Under the pieces are notes generated by a model. The model made no database searches and had not been told where the DNA came from. It saw nothing but the letters and a program-made list of their open reading frames with translations. From positions 1-55,774 of the forward strand of contig NIVC01002243.1 in the NCBI GenBank assembly GCA_002269645.1: a stretch of DNA of 55,774 nt. The letters are read 5' to 3'. The translations under genes and the position numbers were made by a program. Positions within the stretch are counted from its first letter, which is position 1, and each line of letters opens with the position of its first letter. Source of the DNA: Macrostomum lignano (lineage: Eukaryota). Positions 24,401 through 34,216 of this stretch are shown piece after piece.

Positions 24401-26992
24401 GTAGCGTATCAGTACGCTCTTTCTGCACCGGCCTCTGGAGTCTGGAAACCAGCGAAGCGTGGTAACAGCCTTGTTCTTGTATTTGTCCGAGCACTTTGAC
24501 ACTATGCGTCGCTTAGCTGAGCAACCTGGAATAGAAAGTTTTGCAGACTCAATTTAAGCACGTGTTCGCCATTTAAATACACGAGCGTAGCAACGAGTTG
24601 GGTGACGACGAACTTACAGCATTTATTCGGTTGGCAGGTGGCCTGGCACATGACGCGATAAAACTGTTTGCTACATTTGCCCTTCTTCTTTATCTGTTCG
24701 CAAAGGAGCGTGCTTATCTGGTTGCGACAATGAGGCGTGCACATGCCGCAGGTGAGCCGGCAGAACCTGCCCATCACTTCTGGGTATCTACGACATCTGC
24801 CTTGGGCCTTCCAGTGGCGGCACTTGTGGTGCGACACTCGGTCGATGCACAGCTTGGCCAGACACTCGCAGTGTTTTGGCTTCACGCACTTGGTGCCATC
24901 CAATACGTAGCCTTTGTTGCAGCGACATCCCTCCGCTTTCGGAAGCTTGTAACAACGCCTCGGGGTGCCGAAGAAATGGTTGTCGCAAGTCTTCGGGCAG
25001 GGGTTCGCTTTGCGGCTAAAGTGTTGGTGCCGACCGCAACTCAGGACTGAAAATCAAAATCGCCAGATTGTTAACGAGATTTCTCTATTTCAGCTCGCTT
25101 ATAGTCTCGTATGCCTAAAAAGATTCCCATCTCACCGCAGCCGCTCTTGTGTCTCCAGGCGATTGGACGGTGATTACGGGCGCATCGTCTCGAGTGCAGG
25201 TAGAAATTGGCGCACAGAACTTTCCTCTGCAGGTCTGGGCGATACCTGGTGCTGCAGTAATCGATCACGCATGGCCTCAGGACCTCCGTGTTTGAACAGC
25301 CATGGCGTCCAATTACTTTTCTGCAAGCTCTCTCAGCCTCTCGACTCTCTTTTTTAGTATGGCACCCGCACTTCTTTGGCCGACCTTTGCAGTTCTTCAC
25401 CCAGCCTTTGCTCTTCCACAGCTTGTAGGCGTGGCTCAGATTGCCGAAGTTGTCGTTGGCCTTGTTGCCATCGCAGTTGCCAGCAAGGCCGGACACTCGG
25501 CCTCTGTATAACTTGGAGCTCAGGCGGAACGTGGCCGTAAACTCGCCGTCAAAGGTCACCCAGAATCCGCACTTGTTGCTCACCAGTACGAGATCCTCGC
25601 CAGAGTAGAAAGCTCGAATTTTGTGCTCGCTGTACGGCACATTCACGGACTTTCCGTTCACCTGACCGAAATATAATTCAGGGTACCCGTAGTTATTAGA
25701 GGTATTTTTCAAAACTCTACCATTCCTAAAGACTAAGTTTTTTTTGCGAGTTTAAACCACTCACCAGCAAGCGTCGTCCTCTCAGCAGCTTGAATTCTTT
25801 GCCATCAAGCTTGACTATCAGCGCTTTCAATCGTGACAGTCCGTGACGATGCTTTTTATGGTGCTTGTGCTTGGACTTTGAGCAGCCAAAGCTGGCGTAC
25901 AGCTCCAGATGGCAGAGCTTGAGATGCGAACGGGCCAGCAAAAACTGGCAGCCTCGAGAGAAAGTCGTCACGTGACCGCCATCAAACTGATAGATATGGC
26001 CGTTGGCCCCTCCGACGCTTCCGTAGCATTGTTCAACTGTTAATTGGAAGTAACAGAGCAATTCATCAGGGTCGTGTGCCAGCCATGGGATTGGGTCAGG
26101 GTCGTGTGCCAGCCATGGGATTGGGTCAGGGTCGTGTGCCAGCCATGGGATTGGGTCAGGGTCGTGTGCCAGCCATGGGATTGGGTCAGGGTCGTGTGCC
26201 AGCCATGGGATTGGGTCAGGGTCGTGTGCCAGCCATGGGATTGGGTCAGGGTCGTGTGCCAGCCATGGGATTGGGTCAGGGTCGTGTGCCAGCCATGGGA
26301 TTGGGTCAGGGTCGTGTGCCAGCCATGGGATTGGGTCAGGGTCGTGTGCCAGCCATCATGGTGCCAGCCATTGGGTCAGGGTCGTGTGCCAGCCATGGGA
26401 TTGGGTCAGGGTCGTGTGCCAGCCATGGGATTGGGTCAGGGTCGTGTGCCAGCCATGGGATTGGGTCAGGGTCGTGTGCCAGCCATGGGATTGGGTCAGG
26501 GTCGTGTGCCAGCCATGGGATTGGGTCAGGGTCGTGTGCCAGCCATGGGATTGGGTCAGGGTCGTGTGCCAGCCATGGGATTGGGTCAGGGTCGTGTGCC
26601 AGCCATGGGATTGGGTCAGGGTCGTGTGCCAGCCATGGGATTGGGTCAGGGTCGTGTGCCAGCCATGGGATTGGGTCAGGGTCGTGTGCCAGTCATGGGA
26701 TTGGGTCAGGGTCGTGTGCCAGTCATGAGATTGGGTCAGGGTCGTGTGCCAGTCATGGGATTGGGTCAGGGTCGTGTGCCAGTCATGGGATTTAACCTGC
26801 TCCGCCATCGGCGCTAATAACATTTGTCCCACGAGTTCAAAGAATCTTTAAAAACCTGTGATTTAACTGCATGCAGAAGTGTAGATCTTAGAAAAGTGTT
26901 TTCAACTCACCATGTCTCGCATTCACGCTTTGCGACTGTGTGGCCAGGAAGGCCAGCAGGAGGACAATTGTCAGGCTCGGAGACCACCCCAT
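6419..26992 (-). CDS. Giant secreted Cys/Lys/Arg-rich multidomain protein, about 5,309 aa, 30 exons (signal peptide, vWD-C8-TIL, 2 ShKT, Cys-repeat array, vWA, Cys repeats, ShKT, PAN, 2 ShKT)
   Basis: Hand-built GT-AG exons, 5'->3': 26992-26911 (MGWSPSLTIVLLLAFLATQSQSVNARH), 26036-25765, 25661-25136, 25046-24618, 24525-24388, 24300-24007, 23921-23532, 23440-23186, 23089-22253, 20973-20704, 20623-20204, 20019-19888, 19808-19262, 19192-18957, 18869-17965, 17881-17597, 17511-17375, 17288-16113, 16031-15177, 15082-14568, 14464-14168, 14059-12677, 12584-11793, 11691-11425, 11336-11208, 11117-9596, 9495-8783, 8702-7779, 7703-6615, 6525-6419 (ends ..CARTCGYCK*). Phases are consistent once six missing bases are restored; no premature stops. 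Confidence 0.85.
6422..7905 (-). other. C-terminal ShKT, PAN/apple, ShKT, Cys repeats, ShKT region
   Basis: ShKT CRDLLPTGICRKW..LCDKYPYFAKRLCARTCHRC; PAN SFDVCMSSCQKNSKCRAFDYDHSTRKCLLL; ShKT CEDRREFCKKSKCSRHLVRHLCNYTCGVC; terminal ShKT CKDKIRPVDCLFVKKSNMCRSMRSLCARTCGYC. Confidence 0.8.
9600..10075 (-). other. Degenerate vWA domain of the giant protein
   Basis: VDLFLVVDL...IVSFLK...VHITMVSY...TRTDLCGAL...RPGVEKIVVIITCG...LADKIKRKASVFVVG follows the vWA strand/helix pattern. Confidence 0.8.
20961..22169. repeat. 53-bp minisatellite (about 23 copies) in intron 9 of the giant gene; the unit contains the exon-10 splice acceptor
   Basis: Unit ggctttggacatcctgttttgtatgaatgagcatggtgtgagttgaggttata, period 53 (20961, 21014, ...). 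Confidence 0.95.
24618..25046 (-). other. TIL domain followed by two ShKT domains (exon 4)
   Basis: TIL: CGRHQHFSRKANPCPKTCDN..RRCYKLPKAEGCRCNKGYVLDGTKCVKPKHC. ShKT: CIDRVSHHKCRHWKAQGRCRRYPEVMGRFCRLTCGMC and CRNQISTLLCEQIKKKGKCSKQFYRVMCQATCQPNKC. Confidence 0.85.
25136..26036 (-). other. vWF type D domain plus C8 domain of the giant protein (exons 2-3)
   Basis: C..VGGANGHIYQFDG...CQFLLA...VNGK.V.VP...CGFWVTFDG...YRGRVSGLAGNCDGNKAND, followed by the C8-like ..ACRKVI...PCVIDYC...VLCANFY...RCA...IAWRHKSGC. Confidence 0.85.
26067..26790. repeat. 30-bp minisatellite (about 24 copies) in intron 1 of the giant gene
   Basis: Unit gggattgggtcagggtcgtgtgccagccat, with one irregular unit near 26358-26372. 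Confidence 0.97.
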
Positions 26993-27045
26993 GGTGAGAA
27001 TTGTCGCCGAGATTCCTCAGCTTTGACAAGACCGAAGTTTGCTTT

Positions 27046-27053
27046 CTTTTATA
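27046..27053 (-). promoter_or_regulatory. Candidate TATA box of the giant gene
   Basis: TATAAAAG on the minus strand about 55 nt upstream of the ATG at 26992. Confidence 0.55.
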
Positions 27054-27421
27054 CACATCAAGCCACCTGTCTCCGGCAAAAAATAAAATCTGCCGGATCG
27101 ACACGAAATAAAACTTGCTGACGTTGACGAAATGATTTGAGCTTGGCAGGTTGTCTGCTCGGCATGCCGTCGAATGTCTATTGATCTAGCGATCGAGCGC
27201 ATGCATTTCGATATTGATTGATTTCCCTCCTGACGCCGGCCCGCCTGCCACCTGTTGTCGCTCAAAACGTGAAAAAAACTTCCCTTTTCTTTCGTTTCCA
27301 CATGTCTCTTCTTTTCAACCTGGATTTTGGATCATTTTAAATTTTAGTTCGAAAGAGTTGTGCTACTTAGTGTGTGCATTATTTATCATCCGTGCCAGAT
27401 TTTTAAGATTCAATTAACTAT

Positions 27422-28000
27422 CTTTTTTATTACACCTGCCCCTATGGGGGCAGATGCGCAACTGACAGCTCAGCCGCAGCTATTGCGCGGCGCATCAAAA
27501 GGCTGCGTACGCGGCTGTTCAGTCCAAGGACTGGGGGGGGGTGTCGCCACACACAGCCTCAATTATCCCAGCTAATGCTGGCACCCATTTTACAGCTGGG
27601 TGAACTGAAGCAATGCAGAGTTGAGTGTATTGCTCAAGGACACAAATTATTCCAGTGGAATCGGGAATCGAACCCCCGACCTTCAAGTCGGGCCAAACGC
27701 GGTTCTCTCCGACGTTCTCCGACGGCTCGAGAGCATCCCGCTGCTCGCCCGGTACCTCAGGGACACGGGACGAGCTGAATTCTTCCCCACCGCCGGTTAG
27801 GAGTGGAGGACCGCGCTGCAGGCGAGACCGACGGGTCCCCCTGAGCGGCATCGCTTCGATGGAAGTCTTTGGTCGCCAGGGGCTAGCGGAATAGGCGGTC
27901 CCCTCCGCCTCCTCGCTGCATCCGCCGGACGCCCCCTGCAGCTAAGTCAAGTAAGGCAACCATCAAGTCGTGATTCCGACGCTCTAACCACTATATAGGC
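27422..28000 (-). mobile_element. tRNA-derived CORE-type SINE, interrupted by a LINE fragment
   Basis: Minus strand: A-box-like tagtggttagagcg (about 27993-27980), B-box ggttcgattccc (27674-27663), a 60-nt block at 27643-27584 matching the MIR CORE consensus as I recall it at about 44/60 positions (gtgtccttgagcaa...ctgtaaaatggg), and an A-rich tail at 27422-27431. Confidence 0.75.
27691..27962 (+). mobile_element. 5'-truncated LINE 3' end inserted in the SINE head, 8-bp TSD
   Basis: Direct repeat tcaagtcg at 27683-27690 and 27963-27970; removing the insert restores the tRNA head. The insert reads PNAVLSDVLRRLESIPLLARYLRDTGRAEFFPTAG* (stop 27798-27800), resembling a LINE ORF2 C-terminus, followed by a 3' UTR. 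Confidence 0.65.
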
Positions 28001-28513
28001 CTCTAACATACTCTGTTAGTTTATTAGAGAACCTGCCGTAGTCAAGCGATACTTCAATAACCATTGTCACACTGCGTCTAGAGTATAGAATAGAACAGAC
28101 TCTAACAGACTCTGTCGCCCAGTCTCGTAATTCATCCAAACGAAACATCTCACCGTAAACGAAACAAATGTCTTATCCGAGCTAGGTGCGATCGCAAGTT
28201 TTATCAATTGATCTTTTAATTCCTGAACTGCCACCGGAGGCCGGAAAACAAGCAAAGTTGCGGAGAAACTCCATCTGTTCCATGTAGTGTGCTTTTCTAG
28301 ATGGATTTGTCTCGACCCCCTTTGTCTATGGCAAAACCTCGCCAATGGAGAGATAGTGCACGGCTTGATCTTGCAAGGATATGCCATAGACACTCGTGCG
28401 CTAAGGCGCACTTTTTGTCTATGGTAATCTTAAAGTCTTCTCCACAGTTGGCTCTACCAATGACTCCGAAGAGATTCGGATTCTAAGAAATTGTCAGATG
28501 TTCTATAGCTCGC

Positions 28514-29675
28514 AAATCCCAGCTAGCCAGACTTCACCTACTGTTACAAAATGTTATTAGGTAGTTTTTACACGAGCTCATTATTTTTACTACGTCATTT
28601 TATGACTGGCCGCTTCCGGTGCCTAAAATGAGCCATGGATTTTTGAGTAAGTCGAGTAGGTCTGCTCATGTTGCTCTGGTGTCATAAAAAATTAAATATA
28701 CACTTTTTGTTGCTTACTGCTGCTAAATGATTTGCCCGTGTAAATGAGTATTTGAAAACCTGAGTAAATTGCAATTAAACCCTTGAATGTATTAATCAAT
28801 GTGCGGGTCTGCAGACTAAATGCTAATCAATTAAATAATGTTGAACACGAAACGCCAAACAGATTATAAGTACTCGTATTTGCCCGAACTAATTAAATCC
28901 AGTACAAAATTAATCTCAGTGTAGGGAATACTTTATTAAATTATATTTCAGTCAACAATACAGTTACAGTACATGGTTAGCAACTAGAAATAATCTGATT
29001 GAGTCCCACAGTTCAAAGGCCAGCGATCATGGGCGGTGTCCGGTCCGTGTCCGAGGTCAGTGGGTGCAGCGGAGCACCTGCCTACAGTCTACCTACTTGC
29101 CTAGCGGCAGGTGGCGGTAGATCCTGTAGGCCCTGCTGGCAACGCGGAGCACCCTCCTCCACCTGATGCGGATGCGGCGAAGGAGCCACTTCTTCTGCAG
29201 CTCGGCGGCCCTCTCGTCCGTCATCTCCGGCTCGTCCATGTCGGCCAGAGCCTCCAGCGCCGCCATCGCCTCCGCGTCCTCTTGGCTGTTCTCCTGGCTG
29301 TTGGGTCTGGCGGCGGCCAGGGCTGCGCACAGCAGGAGTCCGAGAACAAACTGCCACCTCATGATGAAGAAGTTAAGAGCTGTAGCCTGATGAAGCTGAG
29401 AAGCTGGTAGAGTTATCTAGCCTTGGCTGCTTGGTTGTCCGCTAAGCATCCAAGGGCCCTGTATTTATAGTGTAGAAATCAGCACGTTTTTCCGGTCGTT
29501 GGAATGCCAAGGGCTCCGCTGTGTCCCCTTCACGTGCTGCCGTCTTTTCTTGGATGGTTAGACCCTTACAGTATGTCTTAGCCATCTTTTAGCTTTATTG
29601 TCCATTTGTCCACTCATTGCCAAGGCTCTGAGGGCATTGAACTTGAATACTACTGCATTTGAATTGAATTTGTTG
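28514..29675. repeat. Inverted segmental duplication, about 1.16 kb (partner 33634-34794), containing the peptide gene
   Basis: Reverse complement matches from caacaaattcaattc through the promoter, CDS and 3' flank to gctagctgggattt, with only a few differences seen. Confidence 0.92.
29093..29362 (-). CDS. Prepro cationic peptide, copy 1 (putative antimicrobial peptide precursor, 89 aa)
   Basis: Signal peptide MRWQFVLGLLLCAALAAA, acidic pro-piece, KK, WLLRRIRIRWRRVLRVASRAYRIYRHLPL, GK*. TATAAATA at 29469-29462 and AATAAA at 28937-28932. Confidence 0.85.
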   Translation of the reverse strand: MRWQFVLGLLLCAALAAARPNSQENSQEDAEAMAALEALADMDEPEMTDERAAELQKKWLLRRIRIRWRRVLRVASRAYRIYRHLPLGK

Positions 29676-30261
29676 GCCTGCCCGCCTGCATGCAATGTGT
29701 TATAGAAAGCACACTGAGCTTCTCAAGTAGTTTGAGAACAATAGCTAAAGGTTTGAGTCGCTAAAATTGTGTATTCCATTTTATAGAAGCCTAAAAGTTG
29801 AGTTTGAGATTGGAGAGGGCTGTCTGGACACCTCAGGTCGAGTTCAAGTTCGCTGCTTTGAGATAACGATTTGGCTGAACAAGCATGTTGTGCATCACTG
29901 CTGACAAGATGTTTGATTGTGATCGGCAGCTGATTCACTTCACCAATGAAGTTTTTTTCTTTGAACATCTAAAACGCATTTGTCTTTTCATTTGAAGTTT
30001 CTGCTGTTCGTAGTACACACTGCAGAAATAAGTACAATAGTTCATGTTACGAGCAACTTATCCTTATCAATTTTTTAAATGATATGATGCTTTCTAGGTC
30101 CTACATTTAATTAACTTCTACGTGTAATTTTGAGTTCTGCATGCAATAATTTTTTAAGAATCTGGAAAATAACGTTTCTGTCAATAATTTTAACTTGTCC
30201 TATACTCAACAACTATTAAAGACTCACGAAGCTTGCTTGGCTCTAGTGTTTTCTCGGGTAT

Positions 30262-31529
30262 CATGCTGAGATGCCTTATGCTCAGATGCCATATGCTCAG
30301 ATGCCATATGCTCAGATGCCATATGCTCAGATCCCATATGCTCAGATGCCATATGCTCAGATCCTATTTGCTCAGATGCCATATGCTCAGATCCTATTTG
30401 CTCAGATGCCATATGCTCAGATGCCATATGCTCAGATGCCATATGCTCAGATCCTATTTGCTCAGATGCCATATGCTCAGATCCTATTTGCTCAGATGCC
30501 ATATGCTCAGATCCTATTTGCTCAGATGCCATATGCTCAGATGCCATATGCTCAGATCCTATTTGCTCAGATGCCATATGCTCAGATCCTATTTGCTCAG
30601 ATGCCATATGCTCAGATCCTATTTGCTCAGATGCCATATGCTCAGATGCCATATGCTCAGATGCCATATGCTCAGATCCTATTTGCTCAGATGCCATATG
30701 CTCAGATCCTATTTGCTCAGATGCCATATGCTCAGATGCCATATGCTCAGATGCCATTTGCTCAGATCCTATTTGCTCAGATGCCATATGCTCAGATCCT
30801 ATTTGCTCAGATGCCATATGCTCAGATCCTATTTGCTCAGATGCCATATGCTCAGATCCTATTTGCTCAGATGCCATATGCTCAGATGCCATATGCTCAG
30901 ATGCCATATGCTCAGATGCCATATGCTCAGATCCTATTTGCTCAGATGCCATATGCTCAGATGCCATATGCTCAGATCCATATGCTCAGATGCCATATGC
31001 TCAGATGCCATATGCTCAGATGCCATATGCTCAGATCCTATTTGCTCAGATGCCATATGCTCAGATGCCATATGCTCAGATCCTATTTGCTCAGATGCCA
31101 TATGCTCAGATGCCATATGCTCAGATGCCATATGCTCAGGTATACCATATGCTCAGATACCATATACTCTGATGCCATATGCTCAGATCCTATTTGCTCA
31201 GATGCCATATGCTCAGATGCCATATGCTCAGATGCCATATGCTCAGATGCCATATGCTCGATGCCATATGCTTAGATGCCATATGCTCAGATCCTATTTG
31301 CTCAGATGCCATATACTCAGATGCCATATGCTCAGATGCCATATGCTCAGATGCCATATGCTCAGATGCCATATGCTCAGATGCCATATGCTCAGATGCC
31401 ATATGCTCAGATGCCATATGCTCAGATGCCATATGCTCAGATGCCATATGCTCAGATGCCATATGCTCAGATGCCATATGCTCAGATGCCATATGCTCAG
31501 ATGCCATATGCTCAGATGCCATATGCTCA
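30262..31529. repeat. 15-bp minisatellite with two variants (inverted partner at 42171-43319)
   Basis: Units ATGCCATATGCTCAG and ATCCTATTTGCTCAG interspersed. Confidence 0.97.
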
Positions 31530-31989
31530 TGTAGATTTGTTCAGATGTCTCAATTATACCAGAGCAGCTGCTTTCTGCAACCAAAACGATGTGCCGTGTT
31601 ATGAAGGCTGCTGTGCTAACATATCCTCTGAGGTGCTTCAGGAATTTGTTAGGCGCCGTTCCGGTTCGTTCTGGTGCTTCACTGTACGCTGCGAACTGCT
31701 CTTCCTTCGACGAGAACTTCTGTTGCGGTGACGCGTGGGTCGACGCGAACCGTCAAGGCGGCTCGGCATGCTTGGTGGCCAACACGCTGAAAACCGTAGT
31801 CTTATGCACCGCGCCGACCTGTTCCGATGCTGGCGACTCCTGCTGGCAGGCCGCAAGATCCCCGGAGCCCCAGATTCGGTCAGCGCGAGGCCTACGTTCG
31901 CGTCCAAGCCCAGACAGATGCGCCCTGACGCTGATTCTGCAAGACCCCGATATCATAATTTTTTCTGTTGTTCAGAAAGATTTTCCCAG

Positions 31990-32361
31990 ATGCAATGTGC
32001 TCAGGTAAATTAGCTTAGATATGCAATGTGCTCAGGTAAATTAGCTTAGATATGCAATGTGCTCAGGTAAATTAGCTTAGATATGCAATGTGCTCAGGTA
32101 AATTAGCTTAGATATGCAATGTGCTCAGGTAAATTAGCTTAGATATGCAATGTGCTCAGGTAAATTAGCTTAGATATGCAATGTGCTCAGGTAAATTAGC
32201 TTAGATATGCAATGTGCTCAGGTAAATTAGCTTAGATATGCAATGTGCTCAGGTAAATTAGCTTAGATATGCAATGTGCTCAGGTAAATTAGCTTAGATA
32301 TGCAATGTGCTCAGGTAAATTAGCTTAGATACAATGTGCTCAGGTAAATTAGCTTAGATAC
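31990..32361. repeat. 31-bp minisatellite, about 12 copies (inverted partner at 41370-41710, about 11 copies)
   Basis: Unit atgcaatgtgctcaggtaaattagcttagat, period 31. Confidence 0.96.
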
Positions 32362-32384
32362 GAGCGTATGTAATGTGCGCGTGG

Positions 32385-33250
32385 CGATTCGTCATATTCT
32401 CGGGGAGATTCGCCATATTCTTCGGGAGATTCGCCATAGTCTTCGGGAGATTCGCCATATTCTTGTGGAGATTCGCCATATTCTCTGGGAGATTCACCAT
32501 ATTCTTTTGGAGATTCGCCATATTCTTGGGGAGATTCGCCATATTCTCTGGGAGATTCACCATATTCTTTTGGAGATTCGCCATATTCTTGGGGAGATTT
32601 GCCATATTCTTGGAGAGATTTGCCATATTCTTTTGGAGATTCGCCATATTCTTGGGGAGATTTGTCATATTCTTGGGGAGATTCGCCATATTCTTGTGGA
32701 GATTCGCCATATTCTTTTGGAGATTCGCCATATTCTTTTGGAGATTCGCCATATTCTTGGGGAGATTCGCCATATTCTTGAGGAGATTTGCCATATTCTT
32801 GGGGAGATTTGCCATATTCTTTTGGAGATTCGCCATATTCTTTTGGAGATTCGCCATATTCTTGAGGAGATTTGTCATATTCTTGGGGAGATTCGCCATA
32901 TTCTTGTGGAGATTCGCCATATTCTTTTGGAGATTCGCCATATTCTTTTGGAGATTCGCCATATTCTTGGGGAGATTCGCCATATTCTCTGGGAGATTCA
33001 CCATATTCTTTTGGAGATTCGCCATATTATTGGGGAGATTTGCCATATTCTTGTGGAGATTCGCCCTATAAAATTTTGTAGATTCGCCATATTCTTTTGG
33101 AGATTCGCCATATTCTTGGGGAGATTTGCCATATTCTTCGGGAGATTGGCTATATTCTTGGGGAGATTCACCATATTCTTGGGGAGATTCGCCATATTCT
33201 TGAGGAGATTTGCCATATTCTTGGGGAGATTTGCCATATTCTTGGGGAGG
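32385..33250. repeat. 21-bp minisatellite (short inverted partner at 41265-41347)
   Basis: Unit gagattcgccatattcttNNN with variable last bases. Confidence 0.96.
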
Positions 33251-33374
33251 TCAACACAGAGGTCAACATTAGGCTTCAGAAACATTTTTAAATTCTTAGG
33301 AAGCATGTTCTTCAATTTTTAAACTTTGGTTTGAAACTTAATCAGCTCTAGTAGAGTCGCTTCTTTGCTAACAT

Positions 33375-33486
33375 CTCTCTGGAATCTGTGACCTCTCCCC
33401 GCACCCTGCCCAGTGGCGCTAGCTAGAGTGCTCTCTGGAAGCTGTGACCTCTCCCCGCACCCTGCCCAGTGGCGCTAGCTAGAGTG
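33375..33486. repeat. 56-bp tandem duplication
   Basis: ctctctggaa..gtgacctctccccgcaccctgcccagtggcgctagctagagtg at 33375 and 33431. Confidence 0.9.
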
Positions 33487-33946
33487 TCTTTGGCTAGGTG
33501 GCTGGGGGGGGGGAGTTATGAGAACAGCAAGCTCTATTGTTCTCAATAGAAGCTACTATACTCGTAAGAGCTTGGGCAGCGCTGTAGAGTTCAATGCCGC
33601 GCTTGTGCACAAATTCAATTCGACAAATTTGTACAACAAATTCAATTCAAATGCAGTAGTATTCAAGTTCAATGCCCTCAGAGCCTTGGCAATGAGTGGA
33701 CAAATGGACAATAAAGCTAAAAGATGGCTAAGACATACTGTAAGGGTCTAACCATCCAAGAAAAGACGGCAGCACGTGAAGGGGACACAGCGGAGCCCTT
33801 GGCATTCCAACGACCGGAAAAACGTGCTGATTTCTACACTATAAATACAGGGCCCTTGGATGCTTAGCGGACAACCAAGCAGCCAAGGCTAGATAACTCT
33901 ACCAGCTTCTCAGCTTCATCAGGCTACAGCTCTTAACTTCTTCATC

Positions 33947-34216
33947 ATGAGGTGGCAGTTTGTTCTCGGACTCCTGCTGTGCGCAGCCCTGGCCGCCGCC
34001 AGACCCAACAGCCAGGAGAACAGCCAAGAGGACGCGGAGGCGATGGCGGCGCTGGAGGCTCTGGCCGACATGGACGAGCCGGAGATGACGGACGAGAGGG
34101 CCGCCGAGCTGCAGAAGAAGTGGCTCCTTCGCCGCATCCGCATCAGGTGGAGGAGGGTGCTCCGCGTTGCCAGCAGGGCCTACAGGATCTACCGCCACCT
34201 GCCGCTAGGCAAGTAG
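33947..34216 (+). CDS. Prepro cationic peptide, copy 2 (protein identical to copy 1)
   Basis: Same ORF as copy 1 on the opposite strand. TATAAATA at 33840-33847 and AATAAA at 34372-34377. Confidence 0.85.
   Translation: MRWQFVLGLLLCAALAAARPNSQENSQEDAEAMAALEALADMDEPEMTDERAAELQKKWLLRRIRIRWRRVLRVASRAYRIYRHLPLGK

Noticed and set aside
24388-24525. Suspected frameshift in exon 5 of the giant gene
   Set aside because: On recount the exon is 138 nt, phase 1 to phase 1, and reads ..GRCRKSVLIRYHPCG without any shift.
8808-25511. Many plus-strand Ala/Leu/Phe-rich ORFs over the giant gene
   Set aside because: Antisense shadows caused by the biased Cys/Lys/Arg codon content of the minus-strand exons.
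26044-26832. Long repetitive ORFs (WDWVRVVCQP, MGLGQGRVPA, HGWHTTLTQS)
   Set aside because: Products of a stop-free 30-bp minisatellite lying inside intron 1 of the giant gene.
6419-26992. Identification with a known flatworm adhesive protein of similar size
   Set aside because: The domain set here (five ShKT, PAN, Cys-repeat array, no C-type lectin or EGF seen) does not match what I recall, and I cannot verify sequence identity.
29082-29410. Overlapping alternative-frame and antisense ORFs at the peptide genes (also 33899-34227 and 44171-44604)
   Set aside because: Shadows of a GC-rich CDS; only the 89-aa frame has a signal peptide with correctly placed TATA and poly(A) signals.
31530-31990. 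Cys-containing ORFs in the unique spacer of the cassette (also 41711-42170)
   Set aside because: No recognisable domain, and the frame differs between copies by a 1-nt indel; conservation is explained by recent duplication.
30224-33322. MASEH, LRCHM, MPYAQ, MANLPKN and EIRHIL repeat ORFs (also 42048-43357)
   Set aside because: Open in several frames on both strands because the units are 15 or 21 bp without stops; no signal peptide or splice context, and the arrays differ between copies.
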